From Candidatus Gottesmanbacteria bacterium (GTDB lineage: Bacteria; Patescibacteriota; Microgenomatia; JAMCYU01): 64,000 nucleotides of DNA. Positions 56,673 to 64,000 of the stretch are shown here, in pieces. The stretch spans positions 194,683-258,682 of the forward strand of contig JAZDMI010000021.1 in assembly GCA_043801155.1 (NCBI GenBank), read 5' to 3'. Numbering within the stretch: position 1 is the stretch's first letter; each line of letters begins with the position of its first letter. The translations under genes were made by a program, and so were the position numbers. The notes beneath the pieces were generated by a model that saw only the letters and a program-made list of their open reading frames with translations, did not search any database and had not been told where the DNA came from.

Positions 56673-58306
56673 AAAAGCATCTCCCTCTTTTTATTCTTCT
56701 TATACTAGCGTTTATACCAATGCTTGATTTCTTTTATCCGGGATTACCTTTAACTCATGATGGTCAAGATCACGTTGCCCGGATAGCCAGTTTTTATCAA
56801 TCGTTGGTTGAAGGAAACCTCATTCCTAGATGGGCAGGTAATCTAAATTGGGGCTATGGACATCCAATCCTAATGTTTCTTTATCCCTTGTCATCCTACA
56901 CTGCGTCTTTTTTCCATATTCTTGGCCTAGACTTAGTTAATAGTATCAAAGTAGTTTTTGTTATAAGTTTTGTTTTTTCCGGATTATCGATGTATTTGTG
57001 GATAAGTAGTCTATGGGGACGGAAAGCAGGATTAGTATCAGGATTACTTTATATGTTTGCTCCTTACCATTTTGTAGATATATACGTTAGAGGTGCTATT
57101 GGGGAGAATTTGGCTTTTGTTTGGCCACCGCTAATATGTTATTTTGCCTATACATTATCAAAAAAAGTTAAATATCGTCATTTGCTGGGCTTAGCATTAT
57201 CATTTGCCGCTTTGATTTTATCCCACAATGCTTTAAGTATAATGTTTTTTCTTCCGATAATAGGTTATATGGTATTTTTAGTAATCGAGTCAAATAATAA
57301 AAAGCTGACCGCTTTCTGCTTTCTGCTTTCTTCGATTATCGGTTTAGGATTAAGCGCATTTTTTTGGATTCCTGCTTATTTTGAAGGCAAATACACTCTT
57401 CGAGATATTGTGACCAAAAATAATATTACTGGTTTTGTTGAGAATATCCAGCGTTTAATCTGGTTTCCTTGGAGTTATGATGGAGCCGATAATATTCCAG
57501 TCCAGCTTGGTATCATGCAATGGATAATAATTTTAATTAGCCCGCTCGTAATTTGGTTTTTTAGGCGAAAGAAGATGAGTTTTTGGAAATTTTTAGTATT
57601 TCTTCTATTTATATTTTGGGTGTCAATATTTATGATCCTGCCGGTATCCCGTCCGCTCTATAACGTTTTCCCGGCATTACAAAAGCTTCAGTTTAGCTGG
57701 CGTTTTTTATCATTGGCAATATTTACTCCGGCGATATTCGTCGGTGCATTAATATATTTATTTCCAGACAGGATCGGGACACTTTTTACATCAATAATAG
57801 TTATCGGAATATTGTTATTAAATAAAAATTATTGGCATGCTCAAAGTTATCTATATCAAAATGAATCATTTTACCAAGGAATTTATAATGGAACTACGGA
57901 TACTGGTGAAAGTGCACCCCGTTGGTCGGTTCGATTTATGGAAAAACGTCCAAAATCACATATAGAAGTTATTGATGGTCAGGCGAACATTAAAGAAATT
58001 AAGAGAAATACAAATGAACATCAATATGAGATCAATACCACCACAAAAACAAGAATCCGTGAAAATACTCTCTATTTCCCAGGCTGGCAGGTACTTATAG
58101 ATAATCAACCATCAGCAATTGAATTTCAAGACGAACACAACCGGGGATTAATAACATTTTTCGTCAAACCCGGTAAACATGTAGTTACCGTAAAATTTGG
58201 AGAAACAAAATTACGTTTGGTATCTGATATTATCAGTTTCATGAGTCTACTATTTTTAATAGGGACATTTTTCTTTAAAAAAAGAATATTAAATATTTCA
58301 AAATAA
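56669..58306 (+). CDS. 'PTPS-related' membrane protein, predicted GT-C (group D)
   Basis: THDGQDH, PRWAG.LNWGYGHP, RGAIGE, SHN, FFWIPA, QFSWRF, YFPGW. Confidence 0.72.
   Translation: MKKHLPLFILLILAFIPMLDFFYPGLPLTHDGQDHVARIASFYQSLVEGNLIPRWAGNLNWGYGHPILMFLYPLSSYTASFFHILGLDLVNSIKVVFVISFVFSGLSMYLWISSLWGRKAGLVSGLLYMFAPYHFVDIYVRGAIGENLAFVWPPLICYFAYTLSKKVKYRHLLGLALSFAALILSHNALSIMFFLPIIGYMVFLVIESNNKKLTAFCFLLSSIIGLGLSAFFWIPAYFEGKYTLRDIVTKNNITGFVENIQRLIWFPWSYDGADNIPVQLGIMQWIIILISPLVIWFFRRKKMSFWKFLVFLLFIFWVSIFMILPVSRPLYNVFPALQKLQFSWRFLSLAIFTPAIFVGALIYLFPDRIGTLFTSIIVIGILLLNKNYWHAQSYLYQNESFYQGIYNGTTDTGESAPRWSVRFMEKRPKSHIEVIDGQANIKEIKRNTNEHQYEINTTTKTRIRENTLYFPGWQVLIDNQPSAIEFQDEHNRGLITFFVKPGKHVVTVKFGETKLRLVSDIISFMSLLFLIGTFFFKKRILNISK
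57311..57331 (+). repeat. Perfect intragenic heptamer array (GCTTTCT)x3
   Basis: GCTTTCT GCTTTCT GCTTTCT preceded by GCTGACC, encoding AFCFLLS. Confidence 0.8.
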
Positions 58307-58310
58307 TATA

Positions 58311-58838
58311 ATGAAAAAGATTCTTATTATATTTATTTATATTTTCGTAATTTATTTATTTTCCACTACGATATATGCTCAATCGTCGTACGTTTTGCCT
58401 TATCCATCTTATATGCCAGGAAGTATTTTATATAAACCTCATCTTCTATGGGAAGAAATCTCAAGTTATTGGTATTTCGGGACCTTATCTCAATTTAAAT
58501 ATAATTTAAAACTAGCAGATAAATACTTAGTTGAAGCAAAAATCCTATTTGAGTACCAACAGTACCCATTGGCAATAAATGCACTTGAAAAGTCTGATAA
58601 ATATTTTCAAGAAGCGACCGTTAGTTTAAAATTTGCCAAACAACAAGGGAAAAATATTAATCTTAAACAAGATATATATAATCAGGCTGCACTTAAACAT
58701 ACAGAAACACTCGATGATTTGGAATCATTTTTACCGAGCAAATTTACCTGGTTACCGGAAAAAGCAGCCGCCACAATATTGAATATAAAACCAATCATTG
58801 ATAATTCTATAAAAATACGTAGAAAATCATATTTATGA
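58311..58838 (+). CDS. Secreted helical protein (DUF5667-like)
   Basis: Signal peptide ending IYA, then YVLPYPSYMPGSILY and LADKYLVEA. Predominantly helical composition. Confidence 0.5.
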   Translation: MKKILIIFIYIFVIYLFSTTIYAQSSYVLPYPSYMPGSILYKPHLLWEEISSYWYFGTLSQFKYNLKLADKYLVEAKILFEYQQYPLAINALEKSDKYFQEATVSLKFAKQQGKNINLKQDIYNQAALKHTETLDDLESFLPSKFTWLPEKAAATILNIKPIIDNSIKIRRKSYL

Positions 58839-59959
58839 TAATAAGTTTATATTTAATAATATTATCCTTTTTAACTGTTTTTTCCTATAGATTCATCGAT
58901 GATAATTTCCCCCTAACACTTCCTCCTTATATTCATGATTTTACACATCTCGAAAGATCAATAACGACAATAATTTTTATCGTAATTTTATTCTTTATGT
59001 TCACGGGATTTACCATTTTGTGGCGTCAAGTAGTACAAAAAAGAATCTCTACGATTAAACTTAAATATTTAATTACCTTTACTGTAATAATACTGATTTT
59101 TGCATATCCAGCGTTTTCAAATGATATTTTTAATTACATGGCCACGGCCCGGGTCAGTTATTTTTATCAAGAAAATCCATATATTATGATGCCGATTGAA
59201 TTTATTGGTGAACCGATGCTTAAATTCATGCACGCGGCTAATAAGATCGCTCTTTATGGTCCAATCTGGATTGGTTTAACCTTTTTACCGTTTTTAACTG
59301 GATTGGGAAATATTATTTTAACGCTTATCTCTTTTAAGATTTTTATTACATTATTTTATGTTGGGATTATTTGCCTAATATGGAAGTTATCAAATCATAA
59401 TCTTTCCAGTTTAGTTTTTTTCAGTCTTAACCCGTTAGTATTAATCGAAACGCTAATTTCATCACACAATGATATCGTGATGATGTTTTTTGTTTTATTT
59501 AGCCTGCTGCTTATTAAAAAATATAAAGTTTTTGCTTTATTTATGTTTTTATTTTCAATACTAATAAAATATTCGACGATAACACTTATACCAATATATT
59601 TATATATTTTATGGAAAAATATAAAAAAACAAAAAATTGATTGGGAAAATATATATTTATACGCTGCTATTTTAATGTTCCTAACAATGCTAATAGTAGC
59701 TCCACTACGAGAGGAAATTTATCCCTGGTATGGGATTTGGTTTTTGACATTTCTATCATTAGTTCCAAAAATAGAACTACAATTTTTATCACTAGTATTT
59801 TCCCTTGGATTATTATTACGATATGTACCCTTTATGCTCTGGGGAACTTATTTCGGACCAACACCAGTAGCAAAAACCATCTTAATGATTACCCCAATTG
59901 GTTTAATGTTATTTCTCCATATATTTCGAAAGTTATGGTTAAAAAAATTTCTCCGCTAG
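58835..59959 (+). CDS. GT-C-fold MptA/MptB-like (group E)
   Basis: YPAFSNDIFNY, FMH...LYGP.W, LNPLVLIETLISSHND, IKY, REEIYPWY, GLLLRY.P. Paralog of 10863. Confidence 0.7.
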   Translation: MIISLYLIILSFLTVFSYRFIDDNFPLTLPPYIHDFTHLERSITTIIFIVILFFMFTGFTILWRQVVQKRISTIKLKYLITFTVIILIFAYPAFSNDIFNYMATARVSYFYQENPYIMMPIEFIGEPMLKFMHAANKIALYGPIWIGLTFLPFLTGLGNIILTLISFKIFITLFYVGIICLIWKLSNHNLSSLVFFSLNPLVLIETLISSHNDIVMMFFVLFSLLLIKKYKVFALFMFLFSILIKYSTITLIPIYLYILWKNIKKQKIDWENIYLYAAILMFLTMLIVAPLREEIYPWYGIWFLTFLSLVPKIELQFLSLVFSLGLLLRYVPFMLWGTYFGPTPVAKTILMITPIGLMLFLHIFRKLWLKKFLR

Positions 59960-61611
59960 CCATAGTAATATTTTTTACTGTGTTGGCAGGTTTAGGGTTA
60001 TTGCACTCTGGATTAATACCTACCCACGATGGTGAATATCATATTGTAAGGTTTTATGAATTTAACCAGTCATTGCAGGATGGAAATTGGTATCCTCGTT
60101 GGGCTCCAGATTTAAATTATGGTTTTGGAGTACCATTATTTAATTATGTTTACCCTTTCCCAAATTATATTGCTTCATGTATCCATACTCTTGGTTTTAG
60201 TTTTATTGATGCATTTAAGCTTAATTTATTTATGGCTACCATTGTTGGAGGAATATTTTTCTATTTATGGGCGAAAATGTTTTGGGGGGAAATCGGAGGA
60301 ATAGTTTCTTCAACTTTCTATTCATTTTCACCTTATCGCCTTGTTGATATTTATATTCGTGGTTCGGTGGGCGAAGTGTGGGCATTATCTTTTTTCCCAG
60401 CATTTTTGTGGTCAGCTACTTCTTTTTTCCAGAAAAGAAACGAATACTATCTTCTCTTATCAAGTATATTTCTTGCTTTAACAATTCTTTCTCATAATAT
60501 TTTAGCTTTAATGTTTTTCTTTTTTGATTGTTCGTATATTGTTTTCCTAATTTTTACAGTAAAAAAGAGAAGTGACTATGTATATCAATCAATTTTTTTA
60601 ATTCTGTTGGGTCTTGGTTTATCATCGATATTTTGGATTCCGGCATTAATAGAAAAGAATTTTGTTACCGGACTGGAAATTTTTGATTACCAGGCTCATT
60701 TTCCAGAAGTTTATCAATTATTAATTCCTTCATGGGGTTCTGGATTTTCCGGAGGAAATTTGGGTGAACAAATGTCATTTCAAATCGGTTTAGCCAACCT
60801 CTTTGCCGTTACTTTAGGTATCTTATGCATCATTCTATATTTTTCGCGTAAGCAGGTTTTTTTAGCTAAAACTATTATTTTTTCGTTATTATTTTTTTCA
60901 TTTATATTTTTTATGATGACCAGATTATCTATACCTATTTGGGAAAAGATATCGCTTTTGAGGTATTTTCAATTTCCTTGGCGTTTTTTAAGTATAACGA
61001 TATTGTTAACATCCTTTTTAGCTGGCGGAATTTTTCCATTATTAAGAAAAAATCAAAAACTTTTTATGGGTAGTTTTATGATTTTAGTAACATTTCTATT
61101 AGGCTACGGCTATGCTAAACCTGCTTACTATCAAAACCGAAATGATGATTATTATCTCAATAAATCAATCTTTATCGATGGAACAAATAGCCCCGGTAAT
61201 TATTTTAATACAATTTGGATTAATACCAGACCAAAAAGAGAACCTGAGAAATTAAAAATTAATAAAGGAAAAGGTTCAATTAAAATTAATTTTATTAAAT
61301 CGACTCATTATAATTTTTCTACCCATGCCGAAACCCAGATAGAAATTCTGGTTAATACAGCATTTTTTCCTGGTTGGGCAGCTTATATTGATAATAAACA
61401 ACAAGAATTATCAAAAAGTACTGCCGGTTTATTTATGTTTAATATCCCTTCAGGTGATCATCAGGTCGAAGTTAAATTTGAAAATACTTTGACTAGAAAT
61501 ATTAGCCAAATATTATCCGGCATGGCTCTTATTTATATTAGTTATCAGTTGTTATTCAATCTAAAAAGGCAAAAAAAATATGGAAACGACAAATCAACTC
61601 ATCTGATATAA
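59935..61611 (+). CDS. 'PTPS-related' membrane protein, predicted GT-C (group D)
   Basis: THDGEYH, PRWAPDLNYGFGVP, RGSVGE, SHN, MSFQIG, QFPWRF, FFPGW. Start at ATG 59935 (MVKKIS) matches paralog length. Confidence 0.72.
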   Translation: MVKKISPLAIVIFFTVLAGLGLLHSGLIPTHDGEYHIVRFYEFNQSLQDGNWYPRWAPDLNYGFGVPLFNYVYPFPNYIASCIHTLGFSFIDAFKLNLFMATIVGGIFFYLWAKMFWGEIGGIVSSTFYSFSPYRLVDIYIRGSVGEVWALSFFPAFLWSATSFFQKRNEYYLLLSSIFLALTILSHNILALMFFFFDCSYIVFLIFTVKKRSDYVYQSIFLILLGLGLSSIFWIPALIEKNFVTGLEIFDYQAHFPEVYQLLIPSWGSGFSGGNLGEQMSFQIGLANLFAVTLGILCIILYFSRKQVFLAKTIIFSLLFFSFIFFMMTRLSIPIWEKISLLRYFQFPWRFLSITILLTSFLAGGIFPLLRKNQKLFMGSFMILVTFLLGYGYAKPAYYQNRNDDYYLNKSIFIDGTNSPGNYFNTIWINTRPKREPEKLKINKGKGSIKINFIKSTHYNFSTHAETQIEILVNTAFFPGWAAYIDNKQQELSKSTAGLFMFNIPSGDHQVEVKFENTLTRNISQILSGMALIYISYQLLFNLKRQKKYGNDKSTHLI

Positions 61612-61627
61612 TCTATATATACATAGA

Positions 61628-62683
61628 ATGAATATAGCTATCGATACTACACCATTGCGAAAGGATCATTTCCTTCAGCACAGAGTACGTGGTACTGGTT
61701 TTTATATTGAGAATCTAAAAAGAGCTTTATTAAAATATTTTCCCCAAGATAAGTACATTTTTATTACTCGAGGAGAAAAAGTACCCAAAGATATTAATCT
61801 GATTCATTATCCTTATTTTGAACCGTTTTTCTTAACGTTACCATTTAAAAAGCAAACAAAAACTGTCGTCACAGTGCATGATTTGATACCATTAGTTTTT
61901 CCCGATTATTTTCCATCGGGTATTAAAGGTAAAATTAAATGGTTAATCCAAAAATACTCACTCCGACAAACAAATGAAATTATTACAGATTCGCAGTCCT
62001 CTAAAAGGGATATTATTAAATACACTGATATTAATTCTGAAAAGGTTCACGTTGTCTATCTGGCAGCTGGAGAAAACTTCCGCTCAACCAATGATAATGA
62101 AATAAAAACTGATATTATACGGAAACTTAATTTACCCAAAGATTATATTCTTTATGTGGGCGATGCGACCTGGAATAAAAATTTACCCAGGTTGGCAAAA
62201 GCGATCAAGAAAATTAACTTACCTTTAGTAATGGTTGGCCAAGCATTGGTTAATACCGACATTGATGCCAATAATCCCTGGAATCGAGACCTAATTGAGG
62301 TTAAAAATCTAATTAAGAACGAACCGCAAATTATATTAACCGGATTTGTCTCGGAAAATGATCTTATCTGCCTATATCAATCTGCTAAGGTTTTTATTAT
62401 GCCTTCGCTATATGAGGGTTTTGGTTTACCCGTGCTGGAGGCGTTAAGCTGTGGTTGTCCTGTAATAACCGCGGAAAAAGGTTCCTTAGAGGAAATTGCC
62501 GGAGATGCGCCATTCTATATAAATCCCTATAGTGAAGACGATATTGCCAATGGTATAAGTACTGTTTATTATAACGATGCACTAAGATCTGAGATGATTA
62601 ATAAGGGAATTATTCAATCGAAGAAATTTACATGGCAAAAAACTGCCGCTGCGACAATGGCTGTCTATGAAAAAACAATTTAA
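61628..62683 (+). CDS. GT4 (GT-B fold), MtfB/WbaZ-like
   Basis: RGTGFY, VVTVHDLIP, TDSQSSK, KNL, PSLYEGFGLPVLEALSCGCPVI, FTW. Confidence 0.9.
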   Translation: MNIAIDTTPLRKDHFLQHRVRGTGFYIENLKRALLKYFPQDKYIFITRGEKVPKDINLIHYPYFEPFFLTLPFKKQTKTVVTVHDLIPLVFPDYFPSGIKGKIKWLIQKYSLRQTNEIITDSQSSKRDIIKYTDINSEKVHVVYLAAGENFRSTNDNEIKTDIIRKLNLPKDYILYVGDATWNKNLPRLAKAIKKINLPLVMVGQALVNTDIDANNPWNRDLIEVKNLIKNEPQIILTGFVSENDLICLYQSAKVFIMPSLYEGFGLPVLEALSCGCPVITAEKGSLEEIAGDAPFYINPYSEDDIANGISTVYYNDALRSEMINKGIIQSKKFTWQKTAAATMAVYEKTI

Positions 62684-63935
62684 AGACATATTATCCCACC
62701 CCTTAATATCTGGAAGTTTGATATTTTCTGCTGGTTCGTTTTTCTTCAGCATTTTAAATTACCTATTTAATTTATTAATGGGCCGCGTTCTATCTGTTGC
62801 CGACTATGGAGTCCTTATTGCTTTAACGACGACGATTAATATTTTATCTATTTTTGCTCAATCAGTTATAACTGTTTTTACAAAATTTTCTGCTTCATTA
62901 ATTGGTCAAAATAAGGGCGGAGCGATCAGGGAGTTATTTAAAAAAGGGACTTTTTGGATCGCGATTTTTGGTTTTATTATCTCTGTTATTATTTTTATTT
63001 TACGTAGTACTATATGTCAATTCTTTCATATACAGGAAACGATATATATTGATTTTGTTATTCTGATAATATTTTTATCGTTTATGCAATCAGTCGGTTT
63101 TGGTATTCTTCAGGGACTCCTCCGCTTTGGTACTTATTCAATTATTAATATATTTATAACAATAATTAAGTTATCACTTGGGCTATTATTTGTATATTTA
63201 GGAGGTAGGACATTGGGAGCTTTAAGCGCCTATTTAATATCAGCCTTTATTGGATATATTTTGATTTTTATACCATTAAAAAAATATTTAAACCAAAAAG
63301 ATCAATTTCATTTACCATATGAGAATTTACCGAATAAACTAATTATCTATGGTATCCCTGTTTTTCTATCAAGTATTGGCGTGTCTGGCTTTATGTCGGT
63401 AGATGTTATACTGGTCAAACATTTCTATTCGGCAAACGATGCTGGATTGTATTCGGCTTTATCGTTGATGGGACGCTCAATTTTTTATTTACTTGCCCCA
63501 ATCAATTATGTACTTTTTCCGTTAGTTGCGCAAAAGAAGGAAAAAGGCGAAAATCTATCGAAAATACTGATAATGACACTGATATTGACTGGTTTACCAA
63601 CAATCTGTTTAACTATAATCTATTTTATTTTCCCTAAGCTTATTCTGACAATATTTTTTCCTGCCCCGGCATATAGTGGTCTGATTACATACTTAGGTCC
63701 CTTTTCCGTATTCATATTATTTTTTACGCTGGCTTCAATCTTGAATAATTTTTACTTATCAATTGGTAAAACCCGGGTTTTTATTTTAACAACAATTGGT
63801 TTAATAACGGAAATTATCTATATACTTTATTTCCATAACAGTTTCACTCAATTAATCACCGGATTGATTGTGACAAGTTTTTTACTTCTTTTTGGGCTTT
63901 TGTTATACTACCCATATGCAACCAGAAAAAACTAG
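62667..63935 (+). CDS. Wzx-like oligosaccharide flippase
   Basis: NYLFNLLMGR.L...DYG, G.LQG...F, DVILVKHF....AGLY.ALS..GR, LFP. About 12 TM segments. Confidence 0.85.
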   Translation: MKKQFKDILSHPLISGSLIFSAGSFFFSILNYLFNLLMGRVLSVADYGVLIALTTTINILSIFAQSVITVFTKFSASLIGQNKGGAIRELFKKGTFWIAIFGFIISVIIFILRSTICQFFHIQETIYIDFVILIIFLSFMQSVGFGILQGLLRFGTYSIINIFITIIKLSLGLLFVYLGGRTLGALSAYLISAFIGYILIFIPLKKYLNQKDQFHLPYENLPNKLIIYGIPVFLSSIGVSGFMSVDVILVKHFYSANDAGLYSALSLMGRSIFYLLAPINYVLFPLVAQKKEKGENLSKILIMTLILTGLPTICLTIIYFIFPKLILTIFFPAPAYSGLITYLGPFSVFILFFTLASILNNFYLSIGKTRVFILTTIGLITEIIYILYFHNSFTQLITGLIVTSFLLLFGLLLYYPYATRKN

Positions 63936-64000
63936 ATTGCTTTCGATTATTATCCCCGTTTATAAAGAAGAAAAAACAATTCTCAATAACTTAAAATCTA
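63916..64000 (+). CDS. GT2, 3'-truncated by the window edge (not in ORF track)
   Basis: ATG 63916 gives MQPEKTRLLSIIIPVYKEEKTILNNLKS, a typical GT2 N-terminus. Confidence 0.7.
   Translation, partial: MQPEKTRLLSIIIPVYKEEKTILNNLKS

Noticed and set aside
59641-59934. 98-aa N-terminal extension of the 59641 ORF
   Set aside because: It overlaps the 58835 gene and has no family motifs. ATG 59935 gives a length and N-terminus matching the paralogs.
16977-61611. Pterin/queuosine biosynthesis suggested by the 'PTPS-related' family name
   Set aside because: These are ~520-570 aa polytopic membrane proteins with no visible PTPS catalytic motifs, in a purely glycosylation context.
6762-61611. Diversity-generating retroelement or recent DNA-level duplications among paralogs
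   Set aside because: There is no reverse transcriptase. Paralogs share only short protein motifs, and I saw no long near-identical nucleotide repeats (by eye; a self dot-plot would confirm).
1418-62582. About 40 short (60-111 aa) antisense or off-frame ORFs in the track
   Set aside because: They lie within or across long, motif-bearing genes and show no recognisable domains. They are shadow ORFs.
1-64000. Homopolymer tracts (A/T 7-8, G6 near 25226 and 60284) as contingency loci
   Set aside because: Such tracts are expected in AT-rich DNA, and every host gene is in frame.
1-64000. Alternative genetic code (TGA=Gly, code 25)
   Set aside because: TGA ends many genes exactly at the next start (ATGA), and the proteins are full length under code 11.

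Overview
AT-rich bacterial DNA read with the standard bacterial code (TGA acts as stop). It holds about 51 tightly packed CDS, 49 on + and 2 on -, and almost all are devoted to glycan synthesis. A partial Nudix gene is followed by nucleotide-sugar genes (RmlB, RmlD-like, Ugd, Gmd/Rmd-family SDR, UDP-xylose synthase). The remaining ~58 kb is an array of about 25 polytopic GT-C-fold (lipid-phosphate-sugar-dependent) glycosyltransferase-like genes: 4 YfhO-like, 6 'PTPS-related', two 4-member PMT_2/ArnT-like paralog groups, 2 MptB-like, 1 PIG-V-like and 4 singletons. Interleaved are 10 complete GT2 genes plus 1 partial (5 complete ones are DPM/DPG-synthase-like, one fused to GtrA), 2 GT4, 2 Wzx-like flippases, an ABC-2 exporter, a methyltransferase and 2 small exported proteins. 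Gene content and style suggest a Patescibacteria (CPR, Microgenomates-like) genome; this is inference. The main candidate system is a greatly expanded extracytoplasmic 'donor synthase + flippase + GT-C' glycosylation array. Secondary signals are related 7-8 nt micro-repeat arrays inside coding sequences, two copies of an IS200/IS605-end-like palindrome (one within a ~107-nt multi-hairpin element), and sigma70 promoters spaced for leaderless mRNAs. I saw no rRNA, tRNA, CRISPR array or transposase. All family calls come from motif recognition by eye, not database searches.
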